Part shown: positions 37,726 through 45,797 of the stretch, in pieces
Position numbering within the stretch: position 1 is the stretch's first letter
How the letters are laid out: each line of letters opens with the position of its first letter
Virus record (IMG/VR): IMGVR_UViG_3300042894_006927
Coordinates: 15,790-79,789 of that record
Reading direction: 5' to 3' (one strand)
Source of the DNA: a virus
Length of the DNA stretch: 64,000 bases
Translations under genes and position numbers: made by a program
The notes under the pieces: model-generated
The model's input: the letters and a program-made list of their open reading frames with translations, nothing else
What the model was told of the DNA's origin: nothing
Databases searched by the model: none

Positions 37726-38253
37726 ATGAGATTTTCAACAATTTTTAGTAGTCCACAAGGTTGTACTTGCTATGACAACAAAAATAGTCAATGTGCCCCT
37801 AATTATTGGTGCAACGAATGTCGCAAGAATCCAAGTAACCCAAATTGCAATATGCGGGTTGGAAATAGGGTAGTGCCTCGTTACCAAACCCAAAGTGGAA
37901 ATGGTCAAATTTATGCTACCCCCACAAATCGCTTCCGAAATGCTATGCCTTTGATGCCAATGGGTATTAACACGGGCGGTTTTGGTATGCCAATGGGCAA
38001 TAGCGGTAGGGATGCCTACCAAAATGCGGTTGGTATGGGAAATCCAACAATGGTTGCCCCTGCTTTTGGAGGAACACAAACGCCAAGTAGCGGTATTAAC
38101 AACTATTGTATTAAATGCTTAAAAAAAGGGTGCGGATGTGTCAGAGATGAAAGAGGTCGCCCACGATGCGACTGCGGAGATTTAACGCCAAGCGGAATAC
38201 GGCTTAATAAATTTTGCAAAAGGCATCCCGAACTTTGTAATGTTCAAATCTAA
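37726..38253 (+). CDS. Cys-rich hypothetical protein
   Basis: Cys clusters at both ends; FRNAMP and YQNAVG motifs. Confidence 0.6.
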   Translation: MRFSTIFSSPQGCTCYDNKNSQCAPNYWCNECRKNPSNPNCNMRVGNRVVPRYQTQSGNGQIYATPTNRFRNAMPLMPMGINTGGFGMPMGNSGRDAYQNAVGMGNPTMVAPAFGGTQTPSSGINNYCIKCLKKGCGCVRDERGRPRCDCGDLTPSGIRLNKFCKRHPELCNVQI

Positions 38254-38266
38254 AAACAATTAAATA

Positions 38267-38497
38267 ATGAAAAACAAAGTTTATGCTTTCGCTAATTTCC
38301 GCAATGCGGAAGGCGAATTATCGGGGCGGCTTCAAATGCCCCAAGCATCCATTGTCGGTACTGCCGTTGGTGCAATCGCAGGACACTTTATTGGCAGAAA
38401 TGCTAAATCGGGTATGGCGAAAAAATTAAATGCCTACAATGGGGCTGCTTATGGTCTTTTAATCGGTGCTTTAATCGAAGGGTATCGGTCAGTTTAA
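38267..38497 (+). CDS. Glycine-zipper membrane protein
   Basis: FRNAEG; GTAVGAIAG and GAAYGLLIGALI. Confidence 0.65.
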   Translation: MKNKVYAFANFRNAEGELSGRLQMPQASIVGTAVGAIAGHFIGRNAKSGMAKKLNAYNGAAYGLLIGALIEGYRSV

Positions 38498-38516
38498 TTA
38501 AAAAAAAGAAAAAGAA

Positions 38517-38981
38517 ATGGGAACTATTTTAGGTTTATCCTCTCGTATGGTCAGCATTGACCCGAATGAACCCTCATTCAACGACCAAATAAATGCCACT
38601 ATTGCTCAAGGAGTTGATAACAATGCTTCTTATTTTCCTTCGGGGGCAAGACAAGCGTTTGCGGAACAAACTCAAACGAAAATCGGTGCTTTAACAAGCG
38701 ACATTTTGCCCGTTGGGGAGTATATGATTCCAAATGCTTATTTGTTAGCCGATGGCGATGTTAATGCCGATGCTAATGCCGATGCGGGTGGAATTGAAGT
38801 AGGTGCTTCTTATGTTGTACCTTCAACTGCAATGTTGTTAGGCAATGTGCTTGGTGGAATCTTGGCTTATCAAATGACCGCAAACCGCAAAGGGCGTGTT
38901 TGGTGGACTATTGGTGGAGTAATTGCGGGTGGCATTGCTACCTCTCTTGCTTACAATGTAGGTCGGGGCTTTAGCCGATGA
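38517..38981 (+). CDS. Two-TM glycine-zipper membrane protein
   Basis: LLGNVLGGILAY and WWTIGGVIAGGIA. Confidence 0.65.
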   Translation: MGTILGLSSRMVSIDPNEPSFNDQINATIAQGVDNNASYFPSGARQAFAEQTQTKIGALTSDILPVGEYMIPNAYLLADGDVNADANADAGGIEVGASYVVPSTAMLLGNVLGGILAYQMTANRKGRVWWTIGGVIAGGIATSLAYNVGRGFSR

Positions 38982-39400
38982 AAAAAGGCGTAGTGGTTGG
39001 AATTGGCTCGGTTTTGCTTGTCGGAATTGCGATAGGCGGGTATTTTCTATGGAGAAATACTCGCAAATCCGAAACTGATAGCGGAAAAGCCAATGGTGGA
39101 GATACGGGTGGGGGAATTGATGTTACCCCGCCTACTATTCCTTCCAACGAAACTTTACCCCCGCCAACGCAGGGATGCCCAAGTAAATCATATACCCGCC
39201 AACGCAATGATGCCTTTCCCTTGAAATGGGGTTCAGAAGGTGCAAATGTAGGTAGGTTGCAGAGGGCGTTGAATATGAAATTGGGCTACAATTTAAGTGT
39301 TGACAATAAGTTCGGTTGTTTGACCGAATCTGCCCTTCGCCAAGCGTTAAGAAAAAATGAAATTTCGCAGACCGAATTAGAATCACTTGAAAATCAATGA
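38978..39400 (+). CDS. N-anchored protein with peptidoglycan-binding (PGBD-like) domain
   Basis: FPLKWGSEGANVGRLQRALN..VDNKFGCLTESAL. Confidence 0.75.
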   Translation: MKKGVVVGIGSVLLVGIAIGGYFLWRNTRKSETDSGKANGGDTGGGIDVTPPTIPSNETLPPPTQGCPSKSYTRQRNDAFPLKWGSEGANVGRLQRALNMKLGYNLSVDNKFGCLTESALRQALRKNEISQTELESLENQ

Positions 39401-39792
39401 AAACATCGTCAATTTATATTTTAGCGGGAACACTTGCTTTAGGCGGTGTTGCAATTCTTGTTTTGGCGTTGCGTAAACGCCCCGAAGAAACCGAATCCCC
39501 TATTGATGTTACTCCCCCAACTCAAAATGGCGGTGGCGGTGGCGGTACTCGGCAATTTTCGTGTATGTACGGAAACGAATTTCCTTTGCAGTTTGGCTCT
39601 TGCGGTTCAAATGTCGAAAAATGGCAAACATATTTGAACTCCAAAAGGGGCGAAAATTTAGCCGTTGATGGAAAGTTTGGTGCTTTAACCGAATCCGCTA
39701 CAAAACGGCATCCCGCCTTTGGAAATTTATCTACTTTCAATCAAGGAAAAGTAAGCGAGGTTGATTTCAATATGGCGACTTTTCAAGGTTAA
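39397..39792 (+). CDS. N-anchored protein with PGBD-like domain
   Basis: FPLQFGSCGSNVEKWQTYLN..VDGKFGALTESA. Confidence 0.75.
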   Translation: MKTSSIYILAGTLALGGVAILVLALRKRPEETESPIDVTPPTQNGGGGGGTRQFSCMYGNEFPLQFGSCGSNVEKWQTYLNSKRGENLAVDGKFGALTESATKRHPAFGNLSTFNQGKVSEVDFNMATFQG

Positions 39793-39808
39793 TGCAATCT
39801 AAAATGAA

Positions 39809-40219
39809 ATGGCAAAAGCATCGTTTCTACCCAAAAAAAATGATTTACCCGATGTTTGGGTAAATTGGTTTGATAACCTTCAAGGAGAGGTAGGGATAAA
39901 TAATGCCCGATTTCTTTGGACTAAATGGTGGAACGAAATTAAGCCAACTTCAAGCAACACAATAAACCTTCGCAATCAAATGGAAGCGAGGGGAATTGTA
40001 ATTGAACCCGAATCTGCTTTAGGAAAAATCGGTGATATTGGCTCTGATGTGTTTTCGGGCATTGGAACTGCCTTTCGTGGCGTTGGAACGCTAATTACTA
40101 TTTCGGTGGTTGGCGGGATTGCTATTATTGGACTTGTTCTTTACAATTTCACAAAAGATGAAAGTGGTCGTGCTGAACTGAAAAATTTAGCATCAAAAAT
40201 TGCAACAAAAGGGATGTAA
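39809..40219 (+). CDS. Membrane protein
   Basis: Trp-rich N-domain, amphipathic helix, TM ITISVVGGIAIIGLVLY. Confidence 0.65.
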   Translation: MAKASFLPKKNDLPDVWVNWFDNLQGEVGINNARFLWTKWWNEIKPTSSNTINLRNQMEARGIVIEPESALGKIGDIGSDVFSGIGTAFRGVGTLITISVVGGIAIIGLVLYNFTKDESGRAELKNLASKIATKGM

Positions 40220-40220
40220 A

Positions 40221-40697
40221 ATGAACAAAAAGCAACTCATTTTTATTGGTGCAACTGCGACTGCGATTGGGTTTTTCTTTATTGGAAGAAGCATTTATCG
40301 AAAAATTCGGCTTGAAGATATTTTGAAGCAGATGCAAACGGCATCAACGGGTGATATTTCTACGGATTTAGGATTAGTTTTTAGCGGTCAGCCATACCTT
40401 AACCAACTTGCAGGGAAAACATTGATTTTATTGCAGGATTCGGTTGCGAGAAAATATGCAAATGACTTGAAAGGATATATTTGCCAAACCTATGTTTGTA
40501 ACACAAACGAGGGTGGAATTTATGGGGTGTTTCAGCGTATTTCAAATAAAGCCCAAGTAGCCCAAGTTTCAAAGTGGTACAAAGCGTTATTCGGAAGGGA
40601 TTTACTTGCTGATTTAAACGCTGATTTAAACGATACGGAATTAGAAAAGGTAAGAACAATAATTGCTTCAAAACCCGATTACGAAATTGCACAATGA
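40221..40697 (+). CDS. N-anchored protein with an annexin-like repeat
   Basis: NTNEGGIYGVF..SNKAQVAQVSKWYKALFGRDLLADLNADL resembles the annexin repeat consensus; ATG at 40221. Confidence 0.6.
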   Translation: MNKKQLIFIGATATAIGFFFIGRSIYRKIRLEDILKQMQTASTGDISTDLGLVFSGQPYLNQLAGKTLILLQDSVARKYANDLKGYICQTYVCNTNEGGIYGVFQRISNKAQVAQVSKWYKALFGRDLLADLNADLNDTELEKVRTIIASKPDYEIAQ

Positions 40698-41218
40698 ATA
40701 GAAAATTAGCAATAGGATTAGCCGTTGGTGGCGGTACTATAATTGTTGTAGGACTTGCTACCTATTTTGGCGTTAAACTTGCTTCAAAGCCCGAAAATCA
40801 ACAAGGCGGTGGCGGTGGTGAAAATGGCGGTGGAACAAGACCCCCAAGCGAAGATGAATCCGTGCCACAAACGGGAACACAAGAGGCAAAAATGTCTTTT
40901 CCCCTTGCGATTGGTGATAGGGGCGTAGGCGTTGCTTACCTTCAAAAATCCCTGCAATGTTTAGGCAAGTATTCGGGAAGCATTGATGGAAAATTCGGTA
41001 TTGAAACATACAAGGCGATTAGAAGTTATTTTACTTTCCAATGGTTTAATTGTACTTTTCATTACGAGTGCAAATTGTCTGAAAAACAATGGAAGGAAAT
41101 TGTCCAACAAGCAAGGCAAAAATGTGGGTTGGCAACTTTCTCTTTACCCGATTCAATTTGGGAAGAATATACCCAAGCCCATACTGATTTTTGGAACAAA
41201 AAACGCCAAGAAAAATGA
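40694..41218 (+). CDS. N-anchored protein with PGBD-like domain
   Basis: FPLAIGDRGVGVAYLQKSL..IDGKFGIETYKAI. Confidence 0.75.
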   Translation: MNRKLAIGLAVGGGTIIVVGLATYFGVKLASKPENQQGGGGGENGGGTRPPSEDESVPQTGTQEAKMSFPLAIGDRGVGVAYLQKSLQCLGKYSGSIDGKFGIETYKAIRSYFTFQWFNCTFHYECKLSEKQWKEIVQQARQKCGLATFSLPDSIWEEYTQAHTDFWNKKRQEK

Positions 41219-41676
41219 TTAAGCGTGGGTGGATAATTGGTGGCGTAATTGCGGGAATTTTAGCCGTTCCAATTACCTATTTTTTGGTTCAGTACAAAAA
41301 GTTAATGGACTACGAAATTAACCCCGACACAATTACCCGAATTTCAAAAGAAGGCAGAAGGTACAAGTATAGGGTTGTTTTTAATTTTGAAAACAAATCT
41401 TCGCTTGGTTATACGATTGAGCAACAAAGTTATGAGGTGTTTTTAGGTAATTTGAAAATCGGTGAAGGAAGTTACAAAGAGAATGTGGAAATAAAGCCAA
41501 AATCAGTAAGCAAATTGCCTATGGTTATGGAGTTTGTTTTACCTACAAACGCCCAAGCAATAGGTTATTTGCTTGAATTGTTTTCAAGCGGAAAAGTTTT
41601 GATAAATGTAAAATGGCAAGTATCTTTAATGGGCTTAAAAACGAACATTGAAAAACAAATGGAGTTTAAAATCTAA
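41215..41676 (+). CDS. N-anchored LEA_2/WHy-like beta protein
   Basis: FNFENKSSLGYTIEQQSYEVFLGNLKIGEG..VEIKPKSVSKL; ATG at 41215. Confidence 0.6.
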   Translation: MIKRGWIIGGVIAGILAVPITYFLVQYKKLMDYEINPDTITRISKEGRRYKYRVVFNFENKSSLGYTIEQQSYEVFLGNLKIGEGSYKENVEIKPKSVSKLPMVMEFVLPTNAQAIGYLLELFSSGKVLINVKWQVSLMGLKTNIEKQMEFKI

Positions 41677-41679
41677 ATT

Positions 41680-42174
41680 ATGTCGAAAAATTCAAAAATC
41701 TTATTGGCGGTAATTGTTTCGGGAATTATTGGCTTTTTTGTTGGGAAAAAAAGTAAGCAATCAAACTTTTCTAACTTTGAAAAAGGCGGTGGAATGTTTC
41801 CTTGCCCCGAACCGACAAAAAATTTGGAATTAAATACCCGTAACCGAAACAAGGCAATTAAAGCAGATTGGATTCAATATGGGCCTTTAAACCTTTCAGA
41901 TTCAGCGTATTACAATCGACTTGCAAAGCATTGGAATACGAGTGTTGGGGTTGCAAAAAAATCTAATTGCGGAAATTGTGCTGCTTTTGATGTTTCCCCA
42001 AGAATGAAAGGTTGTATGTCAGTAGGCGAATTGCAAGATAAAGATGGTGCTTTTGGATATTGTTGGATGCACAAATTTAAGTGCCATTCTGCCCGTACTT
42101 GTTACACTTGGGCGAAGGGCGGTGCAATTACAACTGACAAAGTATCTTATGGTTGGCAAGAAAGAAATCAATAA
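41680..42174 (+). CDS. N-anchored protein with Cys-rich metal-binding module bounded by xxGG motifs
   Basis: FEKGGGM-CP..CGNCAAF..GYC..FKC..RTCYT-WAKGGAI. Confidence 0.65.
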   Translation: MSKNSKILLAVIVSGIIGFFVGKKSKQSNFSNFEKGGGMFPCPEPTKNLELNTRNRNKAIKADWIQYGPLNLSDSAYYNRLAKHWNTSVGVAKKSNCGNCAAFDVSPRMKGCMSVGELQDKDGAFGYCWMHKFKCHSARTCYTWAKGGAITTDKVSYGWQERNQ

Positions 42175-42210
42175 AAATCAATTTAAAAATCAATTTTAAA
42201 ATCAAATCCT

Positions 42211-42462
42211 ATGGAAAACAAGGAACTTATCAATTACGGGGGTGGAATTGTTGGTGGCATTTTAGGAAATGTTATCAATGACCGATTCACCAAATTTGGA
42301 ATGGCAGGGCGACTTGGACTAATTGCCGTTGGTGTTTTTGGCGGTTATTTTTTAACCAAAACTTTGCAGGACAAAGGTGGTTTTAGAAATGCCGATGGCG
42401 GTTGCGGTTGCGGTTGCGGTGGAAAATGTGGTGGCGGTTGCGGTTGCGGTTGTGATGATTAA
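42211..42462 (+). CDS. Two-TM protein with Cys-Gly tail
   Basis: FRNADG followed by GCGCGCGGKCGGGCGCGC. Confidence 0.65.
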   Translation: MENKELINYGGGIVGGILGNVINDRFTKFGMAGRLGLIAVGVFGGYFLTKTLQDKGGFRNADGGCGCGCGGKCGGGCGCGCDD

Positions 42463-42465
42463 CAC

Positions 42466-42473
42466 TATATTTG
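42466..42473 (+). promoter_or_regulatory. Bacteroidota -7 element
   Basis: TATATTTG upstream of 42497. Confidence 0.45.
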
Positions 42474-42496
42474 TGGTGGACTTAAAACATTGAGCA

Positions 42497-42685
42497 ATGT
42501 TCGGATTAGATAAAATCATTGATTCTCGGATTCAAGATTTGATTCACAAACTTTCAGAAGAAATGGGCGAACCGATTTCTGAAATAAAAGTGCTGTTAAA
42601 ACTTGACGAGCAAACGGGAAAAACAATCGCCTACTCGGTTGTAAATGGAAAAGCGGGTAGGAGAATTTCATTAAAAGAGGTTTAA
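42497..42685 (+). CDS. Hypothetical protein
   Basis: 62-aa ORF in operon. Confidence 0.55.
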   Translation: MFGLDKIIDSRIQDLIHKLSEEMGEPISEIKVLLKLDEQTGKTIAYSVVNGKAGRRISLKEV

Positions 42686-42686
42686 A

Positions 42687-42959
42687 ATGGCACAATCAAG
42701 CGGTATAAATCTTCGGTCTTGGTCAAACAATGTGGTGCAAGTTCAGAACTTTACCTACTTGTCAATTTACAACATAGGGGCATCTGACTTGGTGCTTAAA
42801 TTTGGTTTGGGCGATAGTGCCACTAATTCCAATGTTGTACCTGCAAACGGGGGCGTTTGGACTTCCCCGCAAATTGTGGCAAAAATTGAAAGCATTTACA
42901 TATTAAATTCATCGGGTTCGGCTTACAATATAATGACCGATGGGCAAATAGTTTCCTAA
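42687..42959 (+). CDS. Small all-beta protein (possible penton/vertex protein)
   Basis: YLSIYNIGASDLVLKFG..VVPANG..SIYI pattern; precedes spike-like genes. Confidence 0.4.
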   Translation: MAQSSGINLRSWSNNVVQVQNFTYLSIYNIGASDLVLKFGLGDSATNSNVVPANGGVWTSPQIVAKIESIYILNSSGSAYNIMTDGQIVS

Positions 42960-43294
42960 TGTCTAAAAAAATAGTTCTGCCATTTACTGAAAATGAATTA
43001 TTCGTAACTGCGGATAAATCCAAGATTTTCATTGAGGGAACGCCAATAAACATTGACTTCTGCTATTGCAGGGTTGAGTTTTTGGTACGGCATACGGGAA
43101 GGGAAATGGATATTGCCCTTTTTACTTTTTTCGATAAATCAGCATACGAGAAAAGCCCAAACACGCCTTTGGTAACAAATCTCAACAAATTTATGGTTCG
43201 GGTTGAGTTGGATGATTCGCAACAATTATGCGTTCAAACTGCCTTGCATTTTATGAAGGACAAATTGATTCAAGATGGCTACAAAGTGGAATAA
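42959..43294 (+). CDS. Hypothetical protein
   Basis: 111-aa coupled ORF. Confidence 0.55.
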   Translation: MSKKIVLPFTENELFVTADKSKIFIEGTPINIDFCYCRVEFLVRHTGREMDIALFTFFDKSAYEKSPNTPLVTNLNKFMVRVELDDSQQLCVQTALHFMKDKLIQDGYKVE

Positions 43295-43296
43295 AA

Positions 43297-43815
43297 ATGG
43301 GGCAAGTATCAAAAGCGGCTTATGGTTGGAATCCTGCACCAAAAAGAGATTTTAGTGGCGGTGCTTATGGCGTAATTTATTCAACACAAAACCAACCTGC
43401 ATTAGCCCCAAATACCCCGCAAATTATTACTCTGAACACCCTAAATGGTTCAAGCGGGATTTCTTTAGACAACAACAAAATTGTTATTGCCACACCCGCA
43501 ACCTATCGAATGTCAGTAACGATTTTAACTCAAAATGCCGACAACAAAGAACACGATATTACCTTTTGGCTAAAATTTTTGGGTAATGATTACCCAAATT
43601 CGGCACATACAACAACACTTCCTGCACGGAAAAGCACGGGAACGCCAAGTTTTCAGTTGTTTACATACGATTTCATTGGAACTTCTATTAACCCAAACGA
43701 CTATGTTGAGTTATTTTGGAAAGCAGAATCGGTAGCCGTATCTTTGAAGTATACGATTGGGGTTGGTGTGCCTAATGCACCTTCCGTAAGCGTCAACATT
43801 AATAGAGTTGCTTAA
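43297..43815 (+). CDS. Spike-like protein with C1q/TNF-like beta domain
   Basis: GISLDNNKIVIATPATYRMSVTI..NDYVELFW; ATG at 43297. Confidence 0.5.
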   Translation: MGQVSKAAYGWNPAPKRDFSGGAYGVIYSTQNQPALAPNTPQIITLNTLNGSSGISLDNNKIVIATPATYRMSVTILTQNADNKEHDITFWLKFLGNDYPNSAHTTTLPARKSTGTPSFQLFTYDFIGTSINPNDYVELFWKAESVAVSLKYTIGVGVPNAPSVSVNINRVA

Positions 43816-43816
43816 T

Positions 43817-44587
43817 ATGGGCAAAGTTTCAGCATTTGGATATGGTTTTCTACCCCCCGTAAGTGGGGGCGGTGGCACTACAACCCTACAAATAGGAGAT
43901 ACAATCGTAAATAATGCGGTTGCAGGTGGAGTTTTATTTGTTGCTTTTGCGGCAGGTCAAAATCGCCTTTCAATGAATCCCAATAATTTCTTTTGGGATG
44001 AATCTAATTTAAGATTGGGTTTAGGAACGAATACGCCTTCGCAAAAACTACACGCATTTGGCGGTGCTTCTGATGTAGGTATTTTGACCGATGCAAATTC
44101 GGGATTACAAAACAAGGCATACATTTTTGGTACGGGTGGCGATAAGCGATGGGATTTGAATGTTTTTGGAAACAATACGGGGGCTAATGTTGGCGATGAT
44201 TTTTCCATACGCAGATACAACGATGCAGGGGCGTTAATTGACACGCCTATTTCCATTGTTCGTTCTACGGGTGTTGCCACAATCAACGGCAAAACAATGG
44301 CTGACAAACTTGATGTTACAACGGCATCTACGGGTGCAAACATTTTGTTTGTCGTTCCTCAAATTTACAATAGCGTTGCTTCCCCAAGAACGGGAAATAT
44401 AACCTCTGATTTAACGGGTGCAAACATTGGAATTGTGCAAAAAATTTATCACCAACAAGTAGGCGTTCCGAGTTTTCCCGTAGGTTGGGTTTTGGTTGGC
44501 ACGGGTAGTTATGTAGGTGGAACGCTAAATATCATTTATGCTGAATGGGTTTCGGGAACAAGGGTTGAGTATTGGATTGTTCAATAA
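43817..44587 (+). CDS. Fibre/spike protein
   Basis: NNFFWDESNLRLGLGTNTPSQKLH fibre repeat typical of Bacteroidota phage fibres. Confidence 0.6.
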   Translation: MGKVSAFGYGFLPPVSGGGGTTTLQIGDTIVNNAVAGGVLFVAFAAGQNRLSMNPNNFFWDESNLRLGLGTNTPSQKLHAFGGASDVGILTDANSGLQNKAYIFGTGGDKRWDLNVFGNNTGANVGDDFSIRRYNDAGALIDTPISIVRSTGVATINGKTMADKLDVTTASTGANILFVVPQIYNSVASPRTGNITSDLTGANIGIVQKIYHQQVGVPSFPVGWVLVGTGSYVGGTLNIIYAEWVSGTRVEYWIVQ

Positions 44588-44593
44588 AAAAAT

Positions 44594-45409
44594 ATGTCAA
44601 ATCGCTATTCTACCATATTGGCTTTAGGAGGTTCGATTGAGCCTTTTTTTCTTGACACCTACCCCAATGCGTCAGTAGCCTATTCCCTTAGATTACTAAG
44701 CAGCACCTATGCTGGTTCTGCAATTAGGGTAAGAAGGTCAAGCGATAATACTGAGCAGAACATTGGCTTTAGTGCAGGAGTGTTGGATACTGCCGCCTTA
44801 CTAAGTTTTTGCGGTGCGGGAAATGGTTTTGTTACTACATTCTACGACCAAAGCGGTAACGCAAAGAACAGCGTACAAACTTCCGCAGGTTCACAACCAA
44901 GAATTGTTTTGTCGGGGGTATTAGAAACATTAAATTCAAAGCCTACAATAAATTACATTTCAGGTACGGCAACGGGTACACCTTTACAAAATGTAACTGC
45001 TCAAAGTATATTTAATGTAGGTCAAGTAGTTACATATAACCAACTTCAATCACTTATTTCTTTCGATAGTGTATCAGGTTTTGGCCCGTGGATTCGTTCT
45101 ATATCTCCTAATTATTGGAGAACACCAAGTACGAGTGCAACAGATTCCTTTGATTTCACACATTTAAGTAATATGTACTTTAACGGCAACCTACATATAA
45201 CAGCAAACAACTTTTTAAACCCACACATTTTATCGTCTTTTGGGTTATCAGCGATTACTAAAAAGTTTGGCATAAGCGACATTACTTTTCTTGGAAGATG
45301 GTTTTTAGGTAAAATGTCCGAGTGTATCGTATATCCAACAAATCAACAAAGCGGATTTAAGTCAGGAATCGAATCAAACATGAGTTCTTATTATTCAATT
45401 CCATTATGA
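44594..45409 (+). CDS. Receptor-binding protein with concanavalin/arabinofuranosidase-B-like domain
   Basis: AYSLRLLSSTYAGSAIRVRRSSDNTEQNIGF..GFVTTFYDQSGN. Confidence 0.6.
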   Translation: MSNRYSTILALGGSIEPFFLDTYPNASVAYSLRLLSSTYAGSAIRVRRSSDNTEQNIGFSAGVLDTAALLSFCGAGNGFVTTFYDQSGNAKNSVQTSAGSQPRIVLSGVLETLNSKPTINYISGTATGTPLQNVTAQSIFNVGQVVTYNQLQSLISFDSVSGFGPWIRSISPNYWRTPSTSATDSFDFTHLSNMYFNGNLHITANNFLNPHILSSFGLSAITKKFGISDITFLGRWFLGKMSECIVYPTNQQSGFKSGIESNMSSYYSIPL

Positions 45410-45657
45410 CCATATTAGGCTATAAATACTTAACTGAGGCTGATGCTCAAAAGGCAAGGAAAGATTGCTCTGATTATTATGGCATTCCTGTTTCTCCTGA
45501 AGATACAACCCGATATTGGGTAGATTATTATTGTGCAATGTTAGATGAGCCAAAGTTTTGGTTTATACTATTTAATGATAGTTTAACTATTGTATTAGGA
45601 GAACCTATCGAATTTGAAGTTATTCAACCAACCCCATTTGAAGATGCGACCAATTAA
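45406..45657 (+). CDS. Small fibre-associated protein
   Basis: GYKYLTEADAQKAR..YYGIPVSPEDTTRYWV; coupled to the previous gene. Confidence 0.6.
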   Translation: MTILGYKYLTEADAQKARKDCSDYYGIPVSPEDTTRYWVDYYCAMLDEPKFWFILFNDSLTIVLGEPIEFEVIQPTPFEDATN

Positions 45658-45665
45658 CCACATCG

Positions 45666-45785
45666 TATTGCAAAGATTGGGTTATTTCAGAGCAAGAAGT
45701 TGAGCAAAACCAATATGCAGAATTTAATTGGATAGAAAATTTGCCAACAAAAAATTGGATTCCACCAACACCGCCTAACCCTTAA
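45666..45785 (+). pseudogene. Start-less 3' remnant of a fibre-associated gene
   Basis: YCKDWVISEQEVEQNQYAEFNWIENLPTKNWIPPTPPNP*; no ATG/GTG/TTG between the in-frame TGA at 45639 and this segment. Confidence 0.5.
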
Positions 45786-45797
45786 AAAAATATCAAA

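Noticed and set aside
36006-40830. GG dipeptides in Gly-rich linkers and TM helices as extra xxGG processing sites
   Set aside because: They lack the hydrophobic-x-x-GG-x-hydrophobic context at domain junctions and are explained by composition
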